From the NCBI GenBank assembly GCA_963514005.1, contig OY740812.1, forward strand, positions 20,274,001 to 20,338,000: a DNA stretch of 64,000 nucleotides, in the 5' to 3' direction. The DNA comes from Raja brachyura (Eukaryota). Shown one piece after another: positions 11,163 to 24,072 of this stretch. The notes under the pieces are model-generated. The model did no database searches and was not told the origin of the DNA. It saw nothing but the letters and a program-made list of their open reading frames with translations. How positions within the stretch are numbered: position 1 is the stretch's first letter; every line of letters starts with the position of its first letter. A program made the position numbers and the translations under genes.

Positions 11163-12772
11163 CAGTGGCTTGGAAAAGTTTTCATACCCCTTGAACTTTT
11201 CCACATTTTGTCACGTTACAACCACAAACGTAAATGTATTTTATTGGGATTTTGTGTGATAGACCAACACAAAGTGGCGCATAATTGTGAAGTGGAAGGA
11301 AAATGATACATGGTTTACAAATTTGTTTACAAATAAAAAACTGAAAAGTGTGGCGTGCAAAGGTATTCAGCCCCCTTTACTCTGATACCCCTAAATAAAA
11401 TCCAGTGCAATCAATTGCCTTCAGAAGTCACCTAATTAGTAAATAGAGTCCACGTGTGTAATCTAATCTCAGTATAAATACAGCTGTTCTGTGAAGGCCT
11501 CAGGGGTTTGTTAAAGAACATTAGTGAACAAACAGCATCATGAAGCCCAAGGAACACACCAGACAGGTGAGGGATAAAGCTGTGGAGAAGTTTAAAGCAG
11601 GGTTAGGTTATAAAAAAAATATCCCAAGCTTTGAACATCTCACGGAGCACTTTTCAATCCATCATCCGAAAATGGAAAGAGTATGGCACAGCTGCAAACC
11701 TACCAAGACATGGCCGTCCACCTAAACTGACAGGCCGGGCAAGGAGAGCATTGATCAGAGAAGCAGCCAAGAGGCCCATGGTAACTCTGGAGGAGCTGCA
11801 GAGATCCACAGCTCAGGTGGGAGAATCTGTCCACAGAACAACTATTAGTCGTGCACTCCACAAATCGGGCCTTTATGGAAGAGTGGCAAGAAGAAAGCCA
11901 TTGTTGAAACAAAGCCATAAGAAGTCCCGTTTGCAGTTTGCCACAAGCCATATGGGGGACACAGCAAACATGTGGAGGAAGGTGCTCTGGTCTGATGAGA
12001 CCAAAATTGAAGTTTTTGGCCTAAATGCAAAACAATATGTGTGGCGGAAAACAAACACTGCACATCACCCTGAACACACCATCCCGACTGTGAAACATGG
12101 TTGTGGCAGCATCATGCTGTGGGGATGCTTTTCTTCAGCAGGGACAGGGAAACTGGTCAGAGTTGATGTGAAGATGGATGGAGCCAAATACAGGGCAATC
12201 TTGGAAGAAAACCTGTTAGAGTCTGCAAAAGACTTGAGACTGGGGCGGAGGTTCACCTTCCAGCAGGACAACGACCCTAAACATACAGCCAGAGCTACAA
12301 TGGAATGGTTTAGATCAAAGCATATTCATGTGTTAGAATGGCTCAGTCAAAGTCCAGACCTAAATCCAATTTCTGGCAAGACTTGAAAATTGCTGTTCAC
12401 AGATGCTCTCCGTCCAATCTCACTGAGCTTGAGCTATTTTGCAAAGAAGAATGGGCAAAAATGTCAGTATCTAGATGTGCAAAGCTGGTAGAAACATACC
12501 CCAAAAGACTTGCAGCTGTAATTGCAGCGAAAGGTGGTTCTACAAAGTATTGACTCAGGGGGGCAGAATACATTTGCACGCCACAATTTTCAGTTTTTTT
12601 ATTTGTAATAAAATTTGGAAACCATGTATAATTTTCCTTCCACTTCACAATTATGCACCACTTTGTGTTGGTCTATCACATAAAATCCCAATAAAATACA
12701 TTTACATTTGTGGTTGTATTGTGACAAAATGTGGAAAAGTTCAAGGGGTATGAAAACTTTTGCAAGCCACTG
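11163..12772 (+). mobile_element. Tc1 DNA transposon copy 1 (DD34E, IR/DR, Passport-like), full length
   Basis: TA|CAGTGGCTTG ... CAAGCCACTG|TA; ~210-bp TIRs; frameshifted transposase. Confidence 0.97.
11540..12553 (+). pseudogene. Tc1 transposase pseudogene
   Basis: Three ORF pieces. Relative to copy 2 there is one extra A in the run at ~11612-11619 and a 7-bp deletion (gagaatc) at ~12371 that removes the catalytic Glu codon. Confidence 0.95.
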
Positions 12773-13411
12773 TAAGGTCTATTTTGTATAGGCAGATGCC
12801 TGCCAATGGAATCTGCCGCTTGGAACTAGCTACAGCAACAAGCTTTTCACTGTACATTGGTACAAATGCCAATAAACAAAATTTAGCTAGTACAAATTAA
12901 AGTAAAATCTTAGCTCTCCGGTCAGCTCTCCCCAGTTCCTCAACAACGACCATTTGCCCCCAAACTATTGTCTATCAGTAAGGCACTGATCAACCTCACC
13001 CAAGCAGGACCCTCCGCCACCTCTGCATCCAATCATGAACCAGACCCTTAATTATACCTAGATCTACTGTTCCTCCTTTCTCTCTCCATCACGCTCAACC
13101 CATAACCTCCAAACAATACCATGATATTCCTGTTTTCCTCAGCATTCCCTGCATTAGTGGAGTGCGTGAGGGGAATTCCATTGCAAGTAAGGCTAGTGGC
13201 TCAAAGCCAAATGTCTGTCCATAAATCTGAACCCAACTCTTAAACGTATTGACCCAAGTTCATTCCGTAGCATGATGAGTAAAAGCTGGACATTTGCGTT
13301 CACATTGATTTGAAAATGGAACCTCAGAGAGATGACTAATCTACCACAATACATCCCCACCCTCGGCTGTGGTATGAAGAATGAACTAAGTGGAGTCAAA
13401 CCAATCTTTAG

Positions 13412-13512
13412 ACATAAGATAGACACAAAAAGCTGGAGTAACTCAGCTGGACAGACAGCATCTTTGGAGAGAAGGAATGGGTGATGTTTCAGATCAAGAG
13501 CCTTCTTCAGGT
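13412..13512 (-). mobile_element. Penelope terminal module
   Basis: gacacaaaaagctggagtaactcagc...ggtgatgtttcagatcaagagccttcttcagg. Confidence 0.75.
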
Positions 13513-13714
13513 TCAATAGACTCATGTTTGGAACAAATGATGCCTTACGTTCAGAATTCAATTTTTTTTTAGGTATTTCCTTTGGAGGTTTTATATTTAC
13601 CCCAAATTTTAGTCAAAGGGGTCCTGCGAATGCTGCTGTGTGTCATACCCGAAAACAGAGTTACGGATACTTTGGTAAATGGTGAGGAAGAATATTGTCA
13701 TACAATTTCATGTG

Positions 13715-14125
13715 ATGTCTCACAAATATGATTGAATTGTTTGAAGATGTGACCTAGAAGCTTGATGCAGGCATTGCTGTAGACTTTGTCGACATGGACT
13801 TCAGCAAGGCCTAGGAGAAGGTAGTCTAGATGGTTAGATCACATGAGATTCAAGCAAGATAGCCAATTGGATGCAAAGTTAGCTTAAAGGTAGGAGGTAA
13901 AGGGTGGTGGTGGAGAATTGTTTTTCAGACTGGAGGCCTGCAATGAGTGGTGTGCCACAAGGATCGCTGCTGGGTCCACTGTGATTTGTTATTTATATTA
14001 TTGTGTTGGATGTGAAGATAAGCAGGACGATTAGTAAGTTTGCAAATTACATTAAAATTAGTGGTACACTGGACGGTGAAAAAGGTTCTCTTAGATTACA
14101 ATGGGATCTTGATCAATTGGGCCAA
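13715..14125 (+). mobile_element. CR1 reverse-transcriptase core fragment, with stops
   Basis: Translates to VDFVDMDFSKA...SDWRPAMSGVPQGSLLGPL...ISKFANYIKI...LQWDLDQL. Confidence 0.9.
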
Positions 14126-14149
14126 ACTGTTGACCTTTCCTTGGTCATC

Positions 14150-14305
14150 AGTGTTGTCTCTGACTTGGTCTGAATCTTTTCATCCTTTTGGTTTCCCTTT
14201 CTCCTGACCTCAGTCTGAAGAAAGGTCTTGACCTGAAATGTCACCTATTGCTTTTCTCCAGAGATGCTGCCTGACCTGCTGAGCTACTCCAGTTTTTTTT
14301 GGTGT
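14150..14305 (+). mobile_element. Penelope terminal module
   Basis: cagtctgaagaaaggtcttgacctgaaatgtcacc...gatgctgcctgacctgctgagctactcc. Confidence 0.75.
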
Positions 14306-15755
14306 TGAACCAGTTCATTCTACTGCGCTCCGTGGAAAAGGGACAAGTAGTGCGTCGATACATCCTCTTCCTTCAACTAATCCAGGGTTTTCTAATGGAA
14401 TAGAAATAAATAATATTTTTTTTATTGTGTGCTTCACGGCAACTGTCTGCTTCTGAGCAGGAGAAGGGAAACACTGATGTTCACGTTCCACACCATGTTG
14501 GCCATTTGTTCAGAGACGGAGTGCAGTCTTTGCTGCATCCTGTTCCATTTATGTTTCACTCAGATGCTGGGCAAGACCGATATAAATACTTATACAACCC
14601 GAACTATTCAGGAGGAGGGCTGCAGAAGTGTCCGCAGTCTGAGTGTGCAAGGATATGAATAAAATATTGGCCTTATTCAAGAGTAGGATCTCTTGAAGAT
14701 CCTGCGAGATCCATGTTCTCCGCGGGCTGTGAAAATCCACTGAAGTCCCTTTGCAGAGTGCGTGCTAATCATACAAAGAGATCGAGACAAGACAGATCAA
14801 GTTGGAAACACTCAGCAGGTCATGCAGCATCTGTGGTAATAGAATAGAGTTAACACGTCAACCAAAGACATGACTGACTCCAAACATGCTGGATGTTCAC
14901 GCTCACAAGTTCACAAGTTATAGGAATAGAATTAGGCCAATTGGCCCATTCAATCATTGGGTGATCTCTGCTTCCTAATCCCATTTTCCTGGTTCATAAC
15001 TTGTGAATGTGAACTGGAATCGTTATCTATTCACAAAGATGCCAATCTGATCCCACTTAAGGCAAGTAGAATTTAAGGCACCTCAGAACCAGTAACAGGA
15101 GTGAAGCCAGCCCATGTGGAAGAAGATGTAGATGTCCTTCCTGACATGGAGCTGCTCGACAACCGTCCTGATGCAACGTTGAACTTCAAATACTGAGAGA
15201 GAAACAGAAAATGCTGGGATCCCTCTGCGTGTCAGGGAGCATCTGTGGAAAGAGAAACAGAGTTAATGTTTCTGGTTGAGAACCGTTCAGCAAAATAGCA
15301 AGATAGCTCCAACCTGTCCTGTTAGTGTTTTCTACTTTGTTTATATTTCAGATTTTTGGGGGAAATTTTCTAATTCTGAGGTCAATTCTGAATCACACAG
15401 CTCTGGGGGACGCCTGTTTCACAAGAATATAAGTATACAGGTGGGAAACTCACCTCCTCAGACCAGCCCCACCTTTCAATATGATCATGGCTGATCATCC
15501 CAGAATGTGTTTCATCTTCTGTGCCAGTTCATCATAGCTCTCAGTTTCCTGAACGCTTGAATTATTTCTCAACTATCTCCATAAAGAACCCTAGTGATCC
15601 ATCCTCCACAACTCTCTTTTAGAAGACTTCCTAGGCACCAGTTTCAAATGACTATCCCCTAATCTTGTCACTACACTCCTTTTTTTCTTGATTTTACCAC
15701 AAAGTGGAGAATCCCAACATCTACCTGGTCACACCCATTCATGAGTGACATGGAA

Positions 15756-16389
15756 ACATAGACACATAGAAAATAGGTGCAGGAGTAGGACATTCGGCCC
15801 TTCGAGCCTGCACCGTCATTCAATATGATCATGGCTGATCATCCAACTCAGTATCCTGTACCTGCCTTCTCTCCATACTCCCTAATCCCTCTAGCCACAA
15901 GGGCCACAGCTAACTCCCTCTTAAATACGGCCAATGAACTGGCCTCAACTACCTTCTGTGGCAGAGAATTCCAGAGACTCGCCACTCTCTGTGTGAAAAA
16001 TGTTTTTCTCATCTCGGTCCTAAAAGATTTCTCCCTTATCGTTAAACTGTGACCCCTTGTTCTGGACTTCCCCAACATCGGGAACAATCTTCCTGCATCT
16101 AGCCTGTCCAACCCCTTAAGAATTTTGTAAGTTTCTATAAGATCCCCCCTCAATCTTCTAAATTCTAGCGAGTACAAGCCGAGTCTATCCAGTCTTTCTT
16201 CATATGAAAGTCCTGCCATCCCAGGAATCAGTCTGGTGAACCTTCTCTGTACTCCCTCAATGGCAAGAATGTCTTTCCTCAGATTTGGAGACCAAAACTG
16301 TACGCAATACTCCAGGTGTGGTCTCACCAAGACCGTGTACAACTGCTGTAGAACCTCCCTGTTCCTATACTCAAATCCTTTTGCTATGA
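15756..16389 (-). mobile_element. Young CR1/HER1 LINE 3' end
   Basis: Open 164-aa ORF 15848-16342(-), YTVLVRPHLEYCVQFWSP...RRLRGDLIETYKILKG...RVASLWNSLP, plus intact 3' UTR and (TATGT)n tail. Confidence 0.95.
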
Positions 16390-16480
16390 ATTTACACGTT
16401 TACTTAAGATCATCCTTCATTCTTCACAAAGGTACAGGGCACTAGTGACCTTGGCAGCCATTGACAATTTCCCCAATACT

Positions 16481-16794
16481 ACGGCATGGTGGTGTAGCGG
16501 TAGAGTTGCTGCCTTACAGCGCCAGAGATCCGGCTTCAATCCTGACTATGGATGCTGTCTGTACAGAGTTTGTACATTCTCCCCATGACCTGCGTGTGTT
16601 TTTCCCGGGATCTCCGGTTTCCTCCCACACTCCAAAGATGTACAGGTTTGTAGGCTAATTGGCTTGGTAAAATTGTAAATTGTCCCTAGTGTGTGTAGTA
16701 TAGTGTTAGTGTGCAGGGATCACTGGTCAGCGCAGACTTGGTGGGCCAAAAGGCCTGTTGTCACTCTGATATCTCTAAACTAAACTAAACTAAA
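16481..16794 (+). mobile_element. HE1-like V-SINE, full length
   Basis: A/B boxes, V core, (CTAAA)4 tail. Confidence 0.9.
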
Positions 16795-17202
16795 GTAAGA
16801 GACACAACTTGTATCTGCACAAGGTGACTATCAGCTCTGTAATGTGGCTTCAGCTGATAAGTTGTTCAACAATGAAAATAATGCTCCCTTAAAGGTCTCT
16901 CCCTGAAAACTGGTCTGCTCACTTTTGTCTTGCTTGCTGCTTCACCATTTAATCTGAAGCTCCAAAGCCATCAACACAGGATCATCCACAGTTCGAGTGA
17001 ACCTAGAACCTAGTTTGGTGGACCGCAACCTCCCAGTATGGAGTGAGTGAGGAGCTCCTTGGGCAAGTGGATGGCCATTACTGAACGTGGCCACTGGAGA
17101 GAAAGGGTGGTCCTGGTGACACAGGAGGATGCCGTGAAAATCTGGGCTTTGGGTGCAGAATGAGCAATGTTAAGTTATTAATATCTTAACATTAAGTTAT
17201 TA

Positions 17203-17470
17203 AAGGGACAGAAGTTTAGGGGTAACATGAGGGGGAACGTCTTTACTCAGAGAGTGGTGGCTGTGTGGAATGATCTTCCAGCAGAAGTGGTGGAGGCAGG
17301 ATCGATTTTAACATTTAAAAGTAAAGTGGATAGGTATATGGACGGGAAGGGAATGGAGGGGTATGGTCTGAGTGCAGGTAGATGGGACTAGGGGAAAATA
17401 AATGGTCGGCACGGACTGGAAGGGCCGAGAAGGCCTGTTTCTGTGCTGTAATTGTTATATCATTATATGG
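17203..17470 (+). mobile_element. CR1/HER1 3' end
   Basis: KFRGNMRGNVFTQRVVAVWNDLP, then the gaagggccgagaaggcctgtttctgtgctgta tail. Confidence 0.9.
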
Positions 17471-17999
17471 TTAATATGAAATGAAAATCAACACATGAAT
17501 TAAATTGTAGACGTGTACCAAGGGAATGTAGGCCAGTAAAACTTAGGATGAAAGCCAAGATATTCTTCAATGAGGAATGTTTGTGATGTTTTAAGATCTT
17601 TAGAAAAGTTGTTTATAGATTATTAATCATGACTTTCACAATAAAAGTGTCCAATTGATTGATCAAGCAGCTGCTTTGCTCTGTTATATTCTCTTTGGTG
17701 CAGCAGCAAACTCAATGTTGGATCTAACAGGACGGCAAGTCCAGTGACATCATTTCGAGCCCCTCACCCAATCGTTAATGTTGATTTTGGCGAGCTAAGG
17801 ATTGACCCGACTGCGTCTGGAATTAATCATTTTACTTTCACGTATTAGCTTTACTTCAGTTCTTCCTAAAGGGCGCGTGAGAGTGAAAATGTTTATAAAT
17901 CAAACCCAGCATCGCTGAAGAGAAGTCAGTCGTCGGGAAAACTCCCAGTGCTCTCAGCCTTTCCATGAGCACTCCCACAAATAGTTTATCCAGTTCAAA

Positions 18000-18048
18000 G
18001 TGGGTGGGTGGGGTAAGGTTGGGGATGGGGGGGGGGGGGGGGGGGGGG
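18000..18048 (+). repeat. G-tract / poly-G, potential G-quadruplex
   Basis: gtgggtgggtggggtaaggttggggat followed by about 21 G. Confidence 0.8.
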
Positions 18049-19809
18049 AATGCATTATGATTGTTTTCCCATATAAGTAGGAAACAAATGAATGAAAGTC
18101 ATAGACACTGAGAAGAATGGAGTGTATTTGCTGCAGACAGCATTATTTATAAACTAGCACAGCTACATAAAACACTCAATCTTGTTTCAGTATGTGTATG
18201 AGTTAGTGATCATTGCATTCTACAAGCAGTCAGCGACAAGAAAGCATCACACATCACAGAAATCTAAAATAACTCCAAATATCTATCTGATTCAGTGCTG
18301 TACATTGCTTGAACTTCCAAGTCACCTTATAACATTTTCTCCCAGACACTGCAATGAATGTGCCGTCAAATTTAATACGAGAGCACTTTAAGAATGCGCT
18401 TCAAACAAAAAACATTACTTCTGTGTGTCATTCTTGAACGAGAAGTACAGTTGGTACAGTGGTTTTGGCGAGGCATATCCCAGCCCCTGCTCTGAGTGAG
18501 GGGGATGAGCTCTTACTGTAGACGTGTCAATGATCCACACCACAGACTTTGTTTCCTTGCCTCCAGTTTTCCATTGTTATGAGTCAACATCATGGAGTAA
18601 CCCTTTGCAGTTAGTGAGGCCCCACAAACTTGGCACTGGATGCGAGCAGTGCTCGTTCAGTGCAAAGTAGCAAAGACACGGGAAGAAGTAATGCAAAAAA
18701 ATATCCTTTAGAGCGGTTAAGAAAACAGCAGCTTAACTAAATGGCACTATTTTTTTCTCGTCTGCCCTGCCCTATGCGAACATTTATTTGTTTCTCTTCA
18801 CTCTCCGCACAATCTAAGGGTACAAATAGCACCGTAACTCAGGTCACCTTTATTCTAACACACATTTTATCTGTAGTCGCTTTGGTAATGTTTTCCGTAA
18901 CATTTCTCTCAGCTAAATACCCTGGGGGTTTTTGTTTTCATAATGGTCTGAGAGTTCTGAGTCAGAGCTGTCTTTTTGGTATGTGTGTGTCTGGTTTTAG
19001 CAGAAACACTGTTTAAAATGGAGGTACGGGTGGTGGAAAATACTTCTAAACAAAGCATTTTGATGTCTACCCTACTAACCCCACCTATGTAAATTTTGGA
19101 TATGGTGAATTGAAATTAAAATTGCTTATTTTGTTTTTAATTTGCTAGTCATAAACTTCACCGCAGAATTGTACTTATTCACATTGCTTTTATATTCAAT
19201 TATTTTTCTAAGAATAATTTATGATTGCAGCATGAAATGTGCATCCACAGCACAGCCCCGTTGAAGGGAGATTGAACATGCAGTTCCTTCCAGACTTAAG
19301 AAAGTTTGGCAGAAAGGCTTAATTAAATGTCTGGACATTCCTTGAGACTGCGTTCTACATTACCGCTTTCATAATCGAGAGAAGTTATACATGGCATGGA
19401 GAAAATGCCATTAACTTAAATGCCTCTGAAATAAAATTAAAGAAAAGCATCAATTTATCCATAAGTTGCAGAGATAGCTTATTCTGGAAAGCTCAACAGA
19501 GCTGTTTCATGTTTGATGTGGAAAACAGACTGAGAACCACATTGTCCTTTATGAAAATGTTCATGTCTGCATATAACTGAGGTTAACGCATATAAGGCAT
19601 TTCTTCCATTTTAAGATCACCTTGATTATATCAACCGTCCAATTTTTTTAATTTGCTGGACATTTATGACTGGACGAAAAGAATGCTTTATAAAAACATT
19701 TTTAAAAATCAGGAGGAAACCTTAGCAAAATCAGTCAGGAGCAAAGAGAATAGAAATTGTTAACTAGCTTGCAGACTAAGTGAAAGGAAAAGAGAAAGAA
19801 CATAACAAA

Positions 19810-20303
19810 CCAAGATACAAAGCACTGGAGTAACACAGCGCTATTGGGTCCAATGCTATTGAGAGCATGGATAGTTGACGTTTCAGGTCAGGCTCCTCAA
19901 AAGAAAGCTGGAAGACTTGAGGGACAGGAGAATGTATGACAGGTAAAATGTGTAAGAAAGAACTACAGATGCTGGTTTAAATCCAAGGTAGACACAAAAT
20001 ACTGGAGTATCTCAGCGGGTGAGGCAGCACCTCTGGAGAGAAGGAATGGGCGACGTTTCGGGTCAAGACCCTTCTTCAGACTGGTAATAGGTGAACACTG
20101 GCGAGAGAGCTTTTGATAGCAGATGGTTAGATAAAGGCCAAAGATGAAACAAACAGAAGTTGAGAGACAGAAAGATTGAAGAGTTGTGTAGGAAGGAACT
20201 GCAGATGCTGGTTTAAATTGAAGATAGACACATAAAGCTGGAGTAACTCAGCGAGCCAGTCAGCATCTCTGGGGAAAAGGAATAGGTGATGTTTCAGGTC
20301 AAG
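19810..20303 (-). mobile_element. Tandem Penelope terminal repeats (three modules; intact hammerhead-like core at ~20052-20081)
   Basis: Reverse complement ccagtCTGAAGAagggtcttgacccGAAAcGTCgccc; repeated gaactgcagatgctggtttaaa ends. Confidence 0.8.
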
Positions 20304-20304
20304 G

Positions 20305-20790
20305 TTTCAAGTTTTCAAGGTTTCAAGGTCAGTTTATTGTCACGTGTCACGTGTACCAATTAAATTCAAGAAAAATTCAAATTACCATACAGTCATACAA
20401 CAAAATAAGCAACATGCCACACAACTACATAAAAGGTAACATAAACATCCACCACAGTGGATTCCCCAAGTTCCTCACTGAGATGGAAGGCAATAAAATC
20501 GCAGCTTCTTCCTCTTTTATTCTCCCGTGCTTGGGACAGTTGAACTATCCGCAGTCGGGGTGATCGAAACTCACTCAGTCGGGATGATCGAAGCCCTTGC
20601 GTCGGGATGATCGAAGCCGCCACATCGGGGTGGTCAAAGTGACAAGCCTGTGCTGAACTCCACTCTCCACAGGTTCACATGGTCTAGAGCAGAGCAGTTG
20701 CCACATCAGCCTAAGATGCATCCCATCAGAATTGTTTCGACAGTGCAACTGTTGATGTTCAAGAGAATCTTCCTAGGCATGCCAAATCTT
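20305..20790 (-). mobile_element. Rex1-tailed non-autonomous element plus Rex1 RT remnant
   Basis: Tail (ttcaagg)n with tttattgtcac (AATAAA on minus); three internal gtcggggtgatcgaa repeats; gagcagttgccacatcagc...gatgcatccc RT remnant. Confidence 0.5.
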
Positions 20791-22084
20791 CCCATTGTTA
20801 TAATATTTGATGAAATACAAAACAATGAACAATAAAAGTGTTCTTCCATTGCGATCACCGCTTATTTTGTGTCTATGCTTTTCAGTTTATAGAGATTTTG
20901 ATGATAGGTTTGCAAAGTCAATACTGGATACTTAGCATGATATGGCCTTGATTCCTGTTCACTCTAAGGCTTCTGTTAAAATATCTTTCACATCATCATA
21001 GATCTATCAGGTTTGAAAAGTCAACGCTTCCCTAAATTGGGCATTGACTGTTATGCAGCCACATAACCACAATAAATTGCTGCCTATCAACTATTATCTT
21101 AAATGTTGACACAAGCGGTGGCAAACTCAGTTATGTTTAAGATGCATTTAAATTTGATATTTAAATAGATGTATAAGAATGTTGAAACCTTGTATCAGTG
21201 TAGGTGGACAAAACGGCCGTCCTGGATGCGGTGGGCTGAGGAGCCCGTTCCTGTGCTGTGCAACTCCATGACTAAAATTCAGGTTGTGGTATCAGTCATC
21301 TATTGTACATTGGGACATGTCCCTTTACACATCTGAGCTCACCCATGCGTCAGTGTGCCCCATACACAGAGGGCCAGATAAGCAAGATCACAATTCTTGC
21401 ATTATTCCCTGATTCTCAATAATATGGATCAAATGCAGGCAACTGGGACTAGTTCGGCACGCCAACTTGGTCGGTATGGACAAGGTGGGTAGCAGGGCCA
21501 TTTCCACCTTCTCTATCTCTATAACTCTAATTTTCAATGAAACCAATATTTTTCTGTGGAAAATCAATCCCGGTCCCAAAGCTACACATGGAAAGTTATG
21601 AACGTTTTAAACTTCCTTCTGGGGCCATGTCCTCTTCTTTCTATCTGAGTATCTTTCCCACCACATAACGGCCAATGAGCCATTGGATACCAAATGGCAT
21701 ATTTAAAATGGATGGTGGTGCCAACGGGATGAAATAGGATTAACTGGTTAGATTCACCAACATTTTTACAGAACACAACGGTCCAATTAGCCTCCTGCTT
21801 TGTTGTATCTTTGCATTGCTAATAATTGAAGAGGGCATGGAATCATTGAAACACACTCTAATTGCTCTTTTCCCCAGATTCCACTAAGTGGTCTGAGACC
21901 AAGTTTAAGATGTCATTTTTATAACATTTTGTGACTTTCCCTGATATTGAACAAATGTGCTGCAGAAACAACTGGTGAGGCCATGGCTATCAATAATACT
22001 TGCTTTACTGAAGTTAAGAAGGAAGTGAATGGGAAACAAATTGGATAAATCAATGGGACAGAGAATGAAGGATGATTAGAGTTT

Positions 22085-22683
22085 AGGGGCTGTCCGACAT
22101 GTCCAGCATGGTCGGGATGGTTCTTTTGAACTCGTAGTGCAGTGGAGTGGGGTCACTATGTAGTTACAGGCAGTCGAGGGCAGCCATAGGCAATCTCCTT
22201 CGCTTAAAATGAGTCTTTTAATTGGCTCATTGAAGTTTTGAGGACCAAGAAAAACCGACCGGTAATGTAAAATGCCCACTAAACTTTATTAACCGTTGTC
22301 TGACTTCTTAAAAGTGTCTCCCCTCCCCTTCTCCCCCTACTTCTCTCCTCCCCCCTTCTCTCCCCCCTTCTCTCCCCCCCTTCTCTCCCCCCTTCTCTTC
22401 CCCCCCTTCTCCCCCCATTCTCTCCCCACGTCTCTCCCCCCCTTCTCTCCCCCCCTCCGCGCTCTCTAAACGACTTACCGTACACTGTGCAGCAGTATTT
22501 TACCTTTCTGTGCTCCCCCGCTTTCCCTGGCCCCCGCCTTTGCGATGTGTTTGAGTGTGTGTGTGCGGTCGGTCGATCCAGCTCACAGTTTCCTCGCTGA
22601 CCCTTGATCCAGCTCAAGGTTTTGCCCTCGAGCTTGAAGGTCGAAGACAGTCGCTGAAAGGTCGCCGCAGTGGGACAGCCACT
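22085..22683. mobile_element. PIF/Harbinger-type MITE
   Basis: Ends aggggctgtcc / gggacagccact next to TTA; internal (CTCCCCCTT)n tract at 22318-22460. Confidence 0.65.
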
Positions 22684-23012
22684 TTAAGCTTAGTTTAGTT
22701 TAGTTTAGTTCAGTTTAGTTTTGAGGTACAGCGCGGAAACAGGCCCTTCAGCCCACCAAGTCCGCACTGACCAGCTATTCCCGCTCATTCCCGTGATTCC
22801 TCATGTTGCAAAACCTACTTGGCTAGTAAAGTATGATTATGATTATGATTATTATGATTATGATTAATACTATCCTCCACACACTAGAGACAATTTACAA
22901 TTTTACCATGCAAATTAACCTACAAACCAGTACGTCTTTGGAGTGTGGGAGGAAACTGAAAATCTTGGAGAAAACCCACACATGTCACAGGGAGAACATA
23001 AAGTCTGTACAG

Positions 23013-24020
23013 CAGGTATGTTACAAAACTTACCTTGAGCAGCGCTGCAGTTCTGCCGCTCCCCGTGTGCGTGATTTTGGCGCCTTTCAGGGGGGAGGGG
23101 GGGGGGGGCGTGTTTAAAGTGCCGTTTTTCTACAGACAGGGCAAATCGATCCATCTCAGGGGATTTCGTTGCTGAAGAAAAATCACTCCGACATTTGATT
23201 TATTAAGGTATTTTTAAATTATGCTAGATTATTTAAGCCGTGAGCACCAACAACGGGAAGGATTTTACGTAGGGGAGAAAATAAAGTACACAGTTTATTT
23301 TTACATAGAAACGTGCTTCTTAGGAAGCATTTAATCACATTTTCATGTTGCGAAATGGGGACAAAAAATATATACGAACCGGCAGTGTTTTTCCTCCCGA
23401 CTTCACCGCAAACTACAACGTTCTAATCCACCGCATTCCACTAAAACCCACTCGCAAGTTGATCTAAATGGCCATTAATTTAGAGGAATTAAACACTAAA
23501 TTCCTTCCATTTGGCCTATAAATTCATGAAAATTAGATTTAAAAATCATGTTTATTATTGTGAATTATTGTGTGAATGTTATTTGGACACTTAGGCAATT
23601 TAAAAATGTTTATCTTTTCTTAAGAAATGGATTGATGTTTAGTAATTGAATTTTGTAATTAGCTACAATTAGGTAACTTACTAATTATATGCTTTAATTT
23701 CAGGTCATCCAAGTAAGATTGTTTCATATTTGTTTCAGAATGCTTCAATCTATAATAACTGAACATTTCATTGAGTTCTCTTAATTTTTAAGAAAGTTAT
23801 GAGCTTTTGACAGTCCTAGATCACAGCTTTTGAGTTAAGTCAATGGAAAGGCAATGGGGAACAAGATGCTAATTTCCGAGTATGAAAATGGCCATAAATG
23901 TTTTAATACTGAAGATATGAAAGTAAATTAGGTGTCAAATTAAACTTCTTTTTATGCTTTATTTGATGGGATAAATTGCAGACTTGGTTTTTTAAATCTC
24001 AAAATTTTGTAACATTGCTA
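23013..24020. mobile_element. ~1-kb non-autonomous TIR DNA transposon, 7-bp TSD (copy 1)
   Basis: TIRs caggtatgttacaaaactt / aaattttgtaacattgcta; flanks tgtacag (23006-12) / tgtacat (24021-27). The host SINE consensus has this 7-mer once. Confidence 0.9.
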
Positions 24021-24072
24021 TGTACATACAGCACCCGTAGTCAGGATCGAACACTGGTCTCAAGGGCTGTAA

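Larger units (their letters stand above)
14410..18690 (-). ncRNA. Candidate spliced minus-strand transcript (lncRNA or small ORF); exons ~18690-18517, 17093-16923, 15192-15082, 14764-~14410
   Basis: Donors ACA|GTAAGA, AAA|GTGAGC, GAG|GTGCCT; acceptors ccctttctctccAG, ttctgtttctctctcAG, ctctttgtatgattAG; AATAAA at 14426-14421. No expression evidence. Confidence 0.3.

Noticed and set aside
11700-12753. Antisense and TIR-spanning ORFs over the Tc1 copies
   Set aside because: Shadows of the transposase frame and TIR sequence.
21878-21975. Exon-like block (tttttccccAG...CTG|gtgagg)
   Set aside because: Stop codons in all three frames and no other support.
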